Below are positions 39,991 through 52,609 of a stretch of 64,000 nucleotides of DNA, piece after piece. The notes beneath the pieces were generated by a model. That model did not search any database, had not been told where the DNA came from, and saw only the letters and a program-made list of their open reading frames with translations. The translations under genes were made by a program, and so were the position numbers. Each line of letters opens with the position of its first letter. Position 1 is the stretch's first letter. This stretch comes from Paramecium tetraurelia (Eukaryota). The stretch covers positions 124,001 through 188,000 of the forward strand of contig CT868015.1 in the NCBI GenBank assembly GCA_000165425.1, written 5' to 3'.

Positions 39991-40821
39991 TCAAACAAGC
40001 AACGTAGCATTAATACATCCATCCAATTCAGGATTGTTTGTTACTTGAGCATACTTGCTCCAAATAACTTTACCAGTTTGAGTTACTAGACCTAATTCAC
40101 TCACATTGACTTCAAGAACTGTTCCTTTAGTGATGACACCAAGTGTAGTATATAAGGCAGATTATGGATTTTTCTTAACTCCCAATAAAGGCAAGCTAAA
40201 AGTAGTTTTGAGTTCAGGATGAGTCACATTAGCCTTCTTAAAACGAAGTCCTGTTGGTCTAATATACCTTTCAAATTTTGGTGGTTTACGAGTAAAGGTC
40301 TCTGGAACAAAACATACCTTGTTTATTCTCCTCTTCCAAGACTTCTATTTTCTCTTTCCACTTTCGATAACCTAAAACATTTCTCCCTCAGACATCTATT
40401 TAACCTTTGCAATAGGAACATCCCACTTGCCTGCTTTCTCTTATCTAAATCATTTAATATAAGACTCTACCTTTTTTGTTTAAGCATGTTTGTCAACACC
40501 TTTGATTGTTGCTATTGCTCTCTATCCAATAAATATGTGGGGACAGCTCCATCTTTTACATCTTCGACATTGACTTCAATATCTTTCTCTTCGTGTGCTA
40601 ACATTTATTTCTTCATGAGTGCCTTCTCCTTAAATCTCTCCTTGTTAAACATTTTGGCCTTTGAATTATTTTCATATATTTACTTTGAGACCCTTAAGAT
40701 TCTATGCTTTCTCTGCTAATTCATGAGGTTGTCTAGCTGCCTTTTTTCTTGCTCTTTCTTCTGTATCAAGTCTTTTTCCAAACCTTTTCTGATGAAGTTC
40801 AATGTAATCGTGTTGTGGCAT
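39991..40821 (-). CDS. NSA2: Ribosome biogenesis protein NSA2
   Basis: [19 protein letters not shown]...[19 protein letters not shown]...[21 protein letters not shown]; two introns. Confidence 0.97.
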
Positions 40822-40978
40822 TATAAATCACAAGTTTTTATATTTAAAATTTAATAAAATTTCATCATTCAAGTATTTACATCTACTTTTTAAACCAATT
40901 AATGTTTTTTCTAGACCCAAAACCATCAGAAAAGAAAATAACTCAAAAACTATACAGATCTCTAATTATGCACATAAT

Positions 40979-41563
40979 TCATTTTAACTATAATTTCATA
41001 ATCGATTTCTTTACTCCTTTTTTTGTATTTATTGTCTCCTCTTCTACTACCTATAACTTAGTAAGATGATTTTTAAATCCTGCTACTGACCCTCCTACTC
41101 CAAAATAATAGCTCTTATTTATCATTATACATTTTCCATCTGGTCTCAGATGGTTTGCTATAAAATCTTCCACCTTAGGATAATATTCTTCTCTGTATAT
41201 GATTTCTGACGCTAAAATAATGTCGACCTTCTAGAGTTTTAGTGTTTCCCAATCTCCATTCACAAATGAATAGTTCTTGTTCTCCTCCAAATTGTTCAGT
41301 TTCAATTAGGGTAGTATTGCTTACTCGAATGTGTCTTCGTTATAGTCTTAGAAACAAACACTTTTGGCTCCTTATTTCAATGCCTAAATTCCCAACAATC
41401 CTAAACCACATCCCATGTCTATCACATCAAGACCAGCAAGTTATTTAGGGTATTAGAGGAGATCGAAAGTGCATTCCCACAATGTCTAACCACCCTCATA
41501 ACTCCCTTGTATGACATCCAATTTATTGCAATTTTGATATACGATATCACAACATTGATTCAT
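40979..41563 (-). CDS. METTL18: Histidine protein methyltransferase METTL18/Hpm1-like (compact, 194 aa)
   Basis: GSYEGGQTLWECTFDL, DMGCGLGLLGI, FQDYN, GDW, DIILASEIIY, KSYYFGVGGS; intronless. Confidence 0.85.
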
Positions 41564-41721
41564 TAAATTTTATACTCATCATCAATCATTAAGTATTTCA
41601 AATTATTTCTAAACCAAACTTGATTCAAAAACTCTCTCGATAGGTAAAACGCAGCAAAATGACCTATGCCAACGAAGCATCCTGCAATGGCCGGGTATAG
41701 AATCCATTATTGTAAAACCAT
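41560..41721 (-). CDS. Single-TM microprotein with Mim1/Tom13-like motif (may extend to ATG 41760 or 41784)
   Basis: MVLQQWILYPAIAGCFVGIGHFAAFYLSREFLNQVWFRNNLKYLMIDDEYKIQ-TGA; locally GC-richer and coding-like. Confidence 0.55.
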
Positions 41722-42163
41722 TAATTTTTTATAAGATATATACTTTTTTTTTCTTTTCATCTTCCACTGTTTCTTAGGAGTCATCAAAACCTTAAACAAG
41801 AAAATAAGCAGATTAACGACTCATATAAAAGAACTTATAATTATTTAATGAATATATATATTATAATTATATTCAACTGATATATTGCATACTACTCTTA
41901 GTTTACAAATAGCTACAATTATTTAATAAATTCAACTTTATTATATAAAGAGAGTCTTTCTTAAACCGCCTGATAGATTCCATAATGAAAAGCCTAGGAT
42001 TTCTAAAGGAACAAAATTTTAGCAAAAAGATATTTTTGTGCTAAACAGTATTTTTGTGAAATTGAAGTGTTTTCCCGGCTTTTTAGTTAAGCCTGCAAAT
42101 AAATAGAATACAAATCGATGCATGTTTATATATTTAAAAAAAAAGTTTTAAATTACAAATTAA

Positions 42164-43034
42164 ATGCCTGTGAAAAGCTTTTCTGTCTTAAAATAACAAA
42201 AATCGGAATTTAAACAATGTTCGATCATAAATAACTAAATTGGTAAATAGGAACTTGAAAGCTTGTAACTAGTAATTTGATATTCTATCATTATTAGATT
42301 CAAAACTTGTCATCTCCATTTTGCGGCATTTCCCAATGTCTGACTTAAAATTGTTGTTTCATTAAAATAAATGAAAAAATAATTCAAGAACCTCTTTAAG
42401 ACATTAAATGCGAATAGATCTTCTCAGAATTAGACAACAATGAATACTACAAATAAACTCTTGTATACACAACTAGTATAAATCTAATAGATATTTTTAG
42501 TGATTGAATTAAAACAGGCTGTCCTAAAAGTTAAACGTTCCTGGAATAGATTGATGATGCCTATTAATGAAATTCAAGTTGATAACCAGCCTAATGAGAC
42601 ATTCAAACTCGGAATTATTGTAAATTTAAATATGTAATTATTAGACCAAAAAATTTATACATCATAATTTTAAAATTAATATAAAGTCATTGTGTAGATT
42701 TACAGCGAAGGTTATCGAGTTGGACTTACCATTCTCAAGCAGTATTAAGATAATATATAAAATAGGTGACATTATTTAATATCATGATGAATCAATTCGC
42801 ATTAATCCAATATCTTTGTTGGTTTAGCGTCAGAAGTAAACTTGTTATGGGGGCTTAAGAGAAATGTTGAATAAAGTTGATAATTGTGAAGAAGTGCAAT
42901 AGATTCTTGAAATGTTAAAAGATTTTCATAGTTAAAATTTGAGCTAATTAATAAGTTGTAATGTTGTGGATAAAGATGTCTACAAGCTTAAATTGCAGCT
43001 CATTAATTTACTTTACAAAAGAATGTAGATGTGA
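42164..43034 (+). CDS. Hypothetical protein
   Basis: Continuous frame after three 25-26 nt GT..AG introns; no recognised domain. Confidence 0.6.
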
Positions 43035-43205
43035 ATCAATCTTTATCAATTTTGAAATATTTTTGTTTATATTAACATACGGTTATTAATAAATGAGTTA
43101 ATATTATTACTATCTTGTGTAATTTGATATTTCCCCATTAGATATTGAAATTTTAATAACATATTTAAATGATAGAATTGCATTTAGCCTAATAATATTA
43201 AAATA

Positions 43206-44587
43206 ATGTAAGTTGGAAATAATGTAGTAGAAAATCAAAAGAAAGAAGAAAATGAAGAAGAATCAAAAGGAGTTGTGACGATGAAAAGAAGATTGATAGC
43301 TTCGCTTGATCTTTTCTAATTCATGCCTGTTCCTAAAACTGAAATGGTCTCCTCTAAAAGAAGCTTATATGGGAGTCTTTTGATGATAGGATGCTTTTTA
43401 GCCTATTTTCTCTATACTTTCGTTGGTACGCATTGAGATTCTAATTCGAGCATTTGTTACCAACAATAGTCCAACAGTAAATTAGTATTAAGAAATATTG
43501 GAGATTTCAAATATCACTTTACCTGATATTGCTTTTGGATACTTCTATGGAGATCCGTATAATTTCATTTAAGTTATATTTAAGGTTTACAAAAACCATA
43601 AATGACCCTTCTATCTTTTATTTTCAAATGGTTTAAGTTACTAAATTTCAAGATGTCTCCAAGAAAGATGTAAAAACATAAATACCGTTGAAACCTTGCA
43701 ATCCTGATTGGATTCCTGCATCTAATTTCACACTTCTTTGCCCAAAGTAGAATTCAATATTCAATTTCAAGCGAGTCTGCAAACATGTCAGGAGCTCTTT
43801 ACCAAACTCCAGAATTTACTTATCCTAGAATTTAAGTGTCATACTGTACCTCAGGGCACGGGTAGGCCTGTGTAAGTTAGCAAGAAATAGATTAGATCAC
43901 AGCAGGGTATAGATTGTCCATCATATTTGTCAAGTGGGAGAATTTTATTATACGTTCGAGATAATTCACCGAATTTCGATCTTACAACTGGAAAATCTGT
44001 AGAGAGTGTGCCCTATTCTACTTATTAATACTTTCTAATGCCTGGGCTATATCCCAGGACTGAAATATTCTTTTAACTTGAGAAATATACAATCAAACCT
44101 GATTACTTAAGAAGATGGTCGGATGATGTTAGATTATTTTTAAGTACAGAAAAAATTAACAGTTGGATAACAAATGTGACTGTTTATAGCAATGATAATG
44201 CATATTAAATAGGATTTCGATCAGAATTAGTATTTTATAATTAAATTAATTTTAGACTTAATAGATCTCTGTATTGACTTATTAAACTTCATTTGGTATG
44301 ATTTCAATTGTGGGTGCATTTTGGGGAGTTTTGTATCATATAATATATATATTAGATTCTCGACATTTGCGGCTTATTTTTTAATTTATAATAAGAATGT
44401 TTTTTATAGGGAGAATAAATAGTGGGAGGATTTTGGAAAGTAGATTGGAGTTAGAAAAGCAGCTGATGTATTTAATCTAACTGAAGAAAGACCTCATTCA
44501 AAGGTCAATGATTCAATTGTATTTGAAATGACTGAAATTCATCAAGAGAACAATGGCCATTCTAAAAATGAATAGGATGGAATTTGA
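43206..44587 (+). CDS. Two-TM membrane protein with large Cys-containing loop
   Basis: TM1 GSLLMIGCFLAYFLYTFV; loop with LPDIAF, PLKPCNPDW, LCP, YC...C; TM2 ISIVGAFWGVLY..FAAYFLIY; about six tiny introns. Confidence 0.75.
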
Positions 44588-44936
44588 TTAATTGTTTAAT
44601 TTAAAGATAATTATATCTCATAGAATGAAAATTTTATGAAATCTATACACATCAAGAATGATCAATGTAAATTTCTAGAGTTAGAAACATATACAATATA
44701 TAATATTCAATTTAATAAATACTTATTTTAAAGTCTTAAATATTTGAACCTTCAAATAACATTTGGTTATCTTCTTGGTTAACATTGAATTTATAAAAAT
44801 TAACAACATCAATCTCTAACAAAAAATACCGATAATGTAGCATAGATATTTCCAATTAAATGTTTGTGATCTCAAATTTAATAAGTATTTTATTTTGACA
44901 TATATAATTAAATATTTACATATCTACACTTTAAAA

Positions 44937-45968
44937 ATGAATTCCAAACCACATTACAATACTCATAAATTAACATTGACTAAGCCCAGCAAGAAATCTC
45001 AATTTTATTCGGACGATGGAGAAAGCACTACGCCTCATTCAATCAACTCTTTCAAACAACATAAATAAGAGTTTTAAACTGATGATTCTGACTGTGGCAC
45101 TCCAATAAGTCCCTCAGGTAAGACCCCACAAAAACCTTAACAATCAAAATTCAAACCAAAACCCTCCACAATCTAATAACTCTTCACAAACACGGCTAAG
45201 AATGTATTGTAAAATAAGTAAACTCATTCAGATGCTGAATTGAAAACCTAAAAATAATACGAAGTCTCCGTAAAAAATCACCCCTTTAGACATTTAATAT
45301 TCGGAGAATCCGTTTCAGAAACTACCCTTAAGAAGCATCTCCTATTGACTTAAAGAGGTTTAATCTATGCAACTAAATGTTTGAAGGGACCCAGTGATTA
45401 ATTTATCAAATCTCGTCAAGTTGAAGTCCCAAAAGAAGAAAACAAATCAAAAGTTCTTCTTCTAGATTTAGACGAAACTCTCATACATTGTTGTGGTAGT
45501 AAAGAGTAAGCCTAAGTTAACATTAATTAAATAAGTTTCAATGTAAGACCCTATACAAATTACTTTTTAAATAAATTATCGTAAGTATATTCAATTTTCG
45601 TATTCACAGCATCCTCGCCTTCTTATGCAAGTATAGTTGTGGATTATTTGGATCCCGATTAAACTAAAATTATCGGAATATTTTCAAGGAATCATTGCAT
45701 GGAAACTAAAAATGGTTTCTTTATTAAGGATTTGAGAACTCTAAAAGACATTGATTTAAGTTCCACACTAATTGTTGACAATTTGGCTCATAGTTTCGGA
45801 CTATAGATTGACAATGGAATACCAATACTTGAGTGGAATTCTGATGAAAAGGATGAAGAGTTGAAGTAATTGGCAGAGTACCTTATAAGAGCCAGTCAAG
45901 TGGAGGATGTTAGAATATTTAATCGAGAGAATCTTCGTTTAAGAGAATTAATCAACTACTAATTATGA
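44937..45968 (+). CDS. CTD small phosphatase-like (NIF-domain HAD phosphatase)
   Basis: VLLLDLDETLIHC, VRPYTNYFL, VFTASSPSYA, IKDLRTL, IVDNLAHSFGLQIDNGIPI; appears intronless. Confidence 0.92.
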
Positions 45969-45995
45969 ATACATATATCAATGTAAATGATTTAT

Positions 45996-46916
45996 TCAAT
46001 TATGATTCATATTATAAGTTAATACAGAGTTAGGATTGAATACTAATTTAGCTTTTTTTTATTTTAATACAGAATTCCAAAATAAATATTGATTAAATTC
46101 TTCTTAACTAAGATTGAGGTTCTTTTGGATCATTTCGTAACCTTTGGATTCAGCCTCCAATAGTAATTTATTGGCTGTTGCCTATGCTGCTTATGTAATA
46201 GTAAATGCATCTGCCTCAGCTTGGGCATTGATGGCAAAGATTTCTTAGTCATTTTCAGCCCTCATTACTAGGATATCGTTTAAAATCATCTATGCTCTCT
46301 ATTCAAATTATTTCATGGTTTTCGTTTGCACTTCAATCTAAGTTTGCACAATGGAATTTTCATATTAATCAGGCAAATCAATATCCAGAATTTGTAGTGA
46401 TACGCAATTAGCATGAGCCTTTTTCAATTCATCCTACAATTGATTTTGCATAACTTGTGTTATGTTTCTCCTGTTGGTCCAATATTTGGGAGCTTCAAAT
46501 TTGCCTGCTGCTTAGAGAATGGTGTCTCTTGCCATTCTTATAAAGGTGGCTTCGTAGTTGAGTCCACCCAAGGCATAGAGTGATGCAATTTCATTCTTGA
46601 TAAGTTGGTATTGAAATGAGACATGTAAACTAAGGGTCAGGCCTTCAGCAGTTCTTGTTTTAAGAGGTTGACTTTGAGCTCTTTTGTCATCGGAAAATTC
46701 AATATTTTATCTGCTGCCTGGAAAGTTAAAGAAGGAGTTGAAGGGCCCTACCAAATATCTCCCTGGAGCATATATTTGTTTGTCGCATTATTTGCTGATG
46801 GAATTACACTGTAATCCCCAATTGGTCACTTCAACAACGTCCCATCCAATAATTAAAATAATCAAGAGAAATGAAGCACAACACACAATAGAACCTATTA
46901 TTATTTATTACTACAT
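45996..46916 (-). CDS. SPFH/band 7 (prohibitin/erlin-like) membrane protein
   Basis: N-terminal TM, PGRYLVGPF, RTAEGLTLSLHVSFQYQL, LQILDIDLP, C-terminal AQAEADA coiled-coil; intronless. Confidence 0.85.
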
Positions 46917-47102
46917 TTTATTTATATGAATTATGGAATGTCAAATGAAGTATTGAAATCTGAAACATCATTATAAATCAATTATATCGAAAGACTTGTA
47001 ATTTAAAATTAGAATGCACAGATTACTTTTATATTTGATTTCATTAATTTTCTTTCATATGTGAGAAATAATTTCTTTGTTATATATAAATCTTATTTAA
47101 TT

Positions 47103-49031
47103 ATGAGCGAAAATCCATTTGAGGTCTTAAAAGAAGACATGGAAAATGAAGAAGTTTATTTAAAAGTAAATGCGATGCATAGGGTGAGAGTTGTAGCCAC
47201 TTTGTTGGGTAGTGATAAAATAAAGTCATAATTAATACCATATTTTGAAAGTAATAGAAATGATTTAAACTAGCTCTGTTAAAGAAAGAAGACGATGAAG
47301 TACTTTTCGCATTGGCTGAAGAATTGGGAACTATTGCGTAATGATATTTGATTATAATTAGTTAAATCATCCCAAATTAATCATCATGCCTCTTGGCATT
47401 GCTTGAATAATTGGCAGGCTTCGATGAAACTGTGGTAAGAGAACAAGCTGTGAGATCCATCACAATTGTATGTGGATTTTTGGGAGACAACGAAATAGCC
47501 AACACTATTGTACCAATGGTAACTTTTTGTTTAACATATTTCATAGATTATTAGATTAGCTTCAAATGATACTAACTTTACATGTCGTGTGTCAGCAGTC
47601 AGTTTGATGTGTCCATTGTATGCCAGAGCAGGCAATCAGAAGGAGAAAATTAGATAGTAATTCAAATTCAAATATTAATTAGAAAGTTTACTGAGTTATG
47701 CAGTGAGGAAACACCAATGGTAAGGAGAGCTGTGGCTACTAAAATTGGGGAAATTGCTTAATTTATGGATAAGATCCATGTGATTCAGGATTTGATTCCT
47801 GTATTAAAACAACTTTGCCAAGATGAATAGGATTAAGTTAGATTATTGTGCATGGAAAGTTTAATGAATATAGCAAAGATCTTAAATAGTGGGGAGAATA
47901 AGACCAATATTTTACCTCTTATTATTTAATCAGCTGAAGATAAATCATGGAGAGTGAGATTGGCATTGTCTAAAATATTTGCAGATGTAACATAATTATT
48001 AATGTCTAATTAGTTAGCAGAAGCTGTGGGCAAGGAAATTGCAGACTCCTCACTTATTTAGATATTCTCTAATTTGTTAAAAGACGTAGAATGTGATGTC
48101 AGAGTCATTGCAGTCAAAAGTTTGGCTAGATTCATCAAGTTTGTGTCACCAGAAAAATTAAATTTGATAGTCCCACTTTTGTAACTCTTAGCGAAGGATC
48201 CATTCTCATAAGTTAAATGTATTGAATATTGTGAATGATAGAAAATGCCTGTGAAGTCATTGGTCAGATTGCTTCACTTTTGCCAAAAGAATACAGTCAA
48301 AGCAAATTATAACAATATTTAATTGAATTGATGGCAGATGACAATTAGGATGTAAGACGAAATGCAGCCAAATCTGCAGGGCAATTTGCAGCTGCCATTG
48401 GTCCAGAGGCTTTGAATCAATTTGTTCCTTTTCTCAAAAAATGTATGGATGATCCAAAATGGAGAGTTAGAAAGGAGACTATGCAAACTATCATTTAATT
48501 GGCCTTGTACGATTTTCAATATTTATGTTTTAAGGACTGTTAAGAATCCTGATGTCTTTAATAAGCAATTGGAATCAGTTTTTGTAATGTTTTTAAAAGA
48601 TAGAGCAGCTGAAGTGAGATCTATGGGATTAAGCTAATTGCCTGCTTTGATTGCTACTTACAAGTAAGAGTGGGCTGTGGGCAACTTCTTATCCAAATGT
48701 GTGGAAACCTTATCTAAGGATGTTGGATCACTCTATCGAATCAATGCACTTTATGCAATCCAATAAATTTCTTTTGCCGTTGATGGCCCAGTTGCTTAGG
48801 ATAGATTATGGCCCATCGTATAGAAGTGCTTGAAAGACACTGTTCCCAATATAAGATTTGTCAGCATCAGGGTTGCTAAATCTTTGTCAAAGAAAATTGA
48901 TAACTAATAAACTTTGAATCAAATTAAATAGTAATTTTCAAATTTAATTATTTCATAGAGCAATTAATGAATTAGTCGAAGACCCAGATAGAGATGTTAA
49001 ATTTTATGCATAAGAAGCGTTATAAAATTGA
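47103..49031 (+). CDS. PPP2R1A: PP2A scaffold subunit A (PR65, HEAT repeats)
   Basis: EDDEVLFALAEELG, ETVVREQAV, ETPMVRRAVA, DEQDQVRLL, AEDKSWRVR, KWRVR, VPNIRF, DPDRDVKFYA. Confidence 0.96.
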
Positions 49032-49073
49032 ATGTCCAAAATAATATATATATAATTATATAATTATATACAA

Positions 49074-49697
49074 ATGCAGAAATTAAAAGAATAATGTTAA
49101 GAAGCCTTGAAATTTTCTTCGGATTGTAATATTATTTTATGATTTTTAGTGTAATAACAACTAGTTTAAGTGAAAAAGGATCTCCAAGAGAAAACATAAC
49201 AAATAACTAAATTGTAATCTGTGATTTAGATGATTGATTGTGAGGCATCAGACATCCAAGACTTATTTTGGAAAGTTCAAAAATAAACATTGGTTATCAA
49301 GTAAACTGTAAGAGAAGTCGAACTAAAAAGCGATAAATCAGAATTGATCGAAAAGTAATTTGAAGAGCTACAAGAAAAAATAATTAATCTTGAGGAATTG
49401 GTTTTCACATTTCTTTTCAATAATAAAATGAATATTAAGAAGAACAATAAGAGATCTAGCGATTAGAATAAAGAAAACATTGAAGACAACATCAATTAGA
49501 AAGAAGTTCAAAATAAGAAGAAGAAATATATTAGTACTATTAAGAAAAATTAGAATGAATCTGTTAATAATTTTATCAACGAAGTATCAGATGAGGATGA
49601 GAAGGAAGATTAAAAGAAATATCGAAAGAGATTGAGACGTAACACTGCTATCGATTAATCAAACAACCTGATAAATGATATGTTTAATTTTAATTGA
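49074..49697 (+). CDS. Coiled-coil hypothetical protein
   Basis: Open K/E/N-rich frame after a 24-nt intron; TGA 49695-49697. Confidence 0.6.
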
Positions 49698-49718
49698 TTT
49701 TCCTATACATATTATTAC

Positions 49719-50495
49719 TCAATGAGTTGCTGATTGATTATTGGGTGCTGTGAAGGGTCTTCTTTATTCTAAGAAATCATCGAATTCACCATCTGCTCGT
49801 CTATAATTATTTGATTCAAATATTTACCTATTATTCAAATTTGGTCTTTGCTATGCAGCTCTTAATTATCTCATGACATTCATCACGATTTCAGCTGTTT
49901 TCTCTATGCTTAATTATTTTCCAGGACCCAATTTGCTCTTCTCATCTTTCACTAATTCGCTATACTCTTAAAATCTATGCTTACCTGATGTGATCAATAA
50001 CTTAATCTTCAATAGCTTAACCTCCATTCTTTCTTTATTCATAGGCTTCTTATTGATTTGCTAAATATTGATTCCAAACAGTGTAGGTGAATAATTAATA
50101 AGGGTGCGAGTTATAAGACACTAACTCAAAGTCTCTATCTATTTAATCAACCATTCTTCTTTCACCACCATGTTTAATTTATGTGACTTGACATTCAGCA
50201 ATATGTGGAACGATGAAGAAAGTCCTCAAACCCATTTGAAATAATTCTTCTAATTCTCTGTTGCCAAAGAAATATTGTTTGCAATGTCTTGAGATCTTCC
50301 TATATGAGTGATAAGCTGTTTAATTTAACAAAATTGCAAACCTCTTAAAAATGAGTTATGATCATATCTGCATCTAATGCCGATTGTAAACTCTGAACTG
50401 GAAGGACGAGGAGCATTAAAGTTTTTAGGATGCCAGTTATTCTTCCATCCTGCTCTGGTCCAAAAGAATGATTTATTTCTAATTTTATAAACCAT
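49719..50495 (-). CDS. Well-formed protein of unknown identity, basic aromatic N-terminus (possibly mitochondrial)
   Basis: MVYKIRNKSFFWTRAGWKNNWHPKNFNAPRPSSSEF...HGGERRMVDQIDRDFELVSYNSHPYQLF; high-complexity sequence with small introns. Confidence 0.75.
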
Positions 50496-51982
50496 AATTA
50501 TTAATCAAAATAATAGTCAGACTATTTCTAAAAATTCTTAACTTTCTTCTATTGATTCTTTACAAGAAAAATAAATTCAAGAGATTATATTCAATCTTAA
50601 GAAATAACTATGGTTTTATCTAACTTAGAATATATTTTGTTTCTTTAAATATGTTCTGTGGAATAGTCTTTATCTAGGATACACACACAAATTAGGATCA
50701 TACATTTTTATAAGCAAAGAGTGAAATAAAATCCATTATTACATTTTATTTAAATTTAATTATTGTATTATTCGAATATTTATATGATAAATCTAACAAC
50801 TAAAAACATCTCTATCTACAAGAGATTAACTTAAAAATAATGAGAAATAAATGTGAATATCCTTCTAAAGTCTCGAGAATCTTCAGATTTCCTATATATT
50901 TTGATCTACTCGCATAGTAATTCAGATAGATATTTTTAAGTAACATTTGTATTCCTGTTTGTAATCAATTGAATATTTTTTTTTTCAGTTTACAACTTGT
51001 CCTTATGATCGTCACTCTATATCTAATCCTTCTCTAGTGTTTGCCTCACTTCTTTAAACAGAAAATCGATGAGGACAAATAAATGTAGAGTAAAATTCAA
51101 ATGATTAGTTGATTTTGATCTAGTACAACAAAGAGTCCCAGTAGATAATGAAATACATTCAATGATAAACTTTATCGATGATAATGATGGCATTATAACT
51201 CAAAGGAAGATATCTGGAAGAATTCAAATGGAAATCCAAATGAGCCACATTAGTTGATTTGAGATGCCAAATCTTCAATCCTTATTCATCTTCAAAGTGT
51301 TAAATGTGACTACTAATGGGTTGGTAATTGACCACTTATATTCAAAATACAAAAAAAAAAGTATTAGTTAAGAATAAGTTATGAATAAAAGAAAATAAAA
51401 TCAGTATGAGAATTTAAGTAAAGAGTTTTTAAGAGTGTTAACTTCAAATTATAATATTTCTTTATCTCAATATAATGCACCTGCTTGTAGACATTATGAC
51501 GAGTTTAGAAAAACATGTATTTTTTATTTGAACAGACTTTCTATTTGAGTTCTCTTATTTAATTGCAATGAATTTCAAATCTATGAGAGTATATGATATA
51601 ATAACTCTTTCTCTTTTAGTGTTTATATGAGTACATCAAAAGAGGATGCTTGAATTTAGGATGAGGTTGACAAATTATACAATAGCTATGGAGATGGAGA
51701 AGGGGAATATTATTGAGAAAATAGAAAATAGGGTTGATATGGTGATCAGAATTGAGGAAAAGGGATGTGCTCAGACTAATATATTCAGATAGATTTTAAT
51801 AACATAAGTTTATTCAATTAAGAAATTAAGTAAGTATTATCTTCGAAAATAATAATCAATTTCAAATTTATTTTCAACAGTGTAAATTGTTTGATTTGAA
51901 TCTGTCATTTGAGCAGGATGGGGAGTGCATGGCATAGATTGTGAATATATTATTTATTTGATCAATCAATAATTTAATAGTG

Positions 51983-52366
51983 ATGCAGAAAACAAAAATT
52001 TCTAACATAAACCGCATTAAGATAAACAGTAATCACAATTCTGATGATGAATTGGATCTTGGTGTCCTAATAGTTGAGGAGATCTCATAGGGAATATCTT
52101 GGGGGATTAATGAATTCTCTAATACCGCTCAAGGAAGCGATAATTAGGACAGTATTTTATCAAATAATGGTAAAATGATAAATTAGGAAAATGAAATAAA
52201 AATTTATTAAGGCCACTCACCTCACCGGATCAATGATTTCTCTAAATAAGTGAAGAAAAAGATTATTTTACTTTATGACCACCCAAAAGTTGATTATCCA
52301 TCTCCTACTGCTTCTTATATGAGAAGTCGTATCTTTAAATAGTACATATCTCACAGAACCAAATGA
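51983..52366 (+). CDS. Small hypothetical protein (127 aa)
   Basis: Uninterrupted 384-nt ATG..TGA frame in the ciliate code. Confidence 0.5.
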
Positions 52367-52609
52367 ATACGTGGAGATTGGATTGAATTTTTGATATACA
52401 ATTATTTTGTATTAACACTTTGATTTAAATATCTAAATATATATTTTATATTTTTTTAACATTCTTTATTCAGTTATTTTTTTGGGTAGATTTCAAATTT
52501 TATATATAATTATTAATGTTTAAGTGGATGCACTTCTCTCAGTGATGGGGGGAGGAGTACAAATTAATATATGATATTCGGAATTATATATTTATAAATA
52601 ATAATAAAA

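Noticed and set aside
40219..40719. Longest ORF in the supplied track (166 aa, + strand), plus similar ones at 1051-1377, 39501-39797, 46684-46929 and 60892-61218
   Set aside because: These are antisense shadows of real genes (NSA2, SDS22, GAS8, SPFH, the 60560 gene). The Leu/Phe/Ser-rich composition reflects the reverse complement of A-rich codons.
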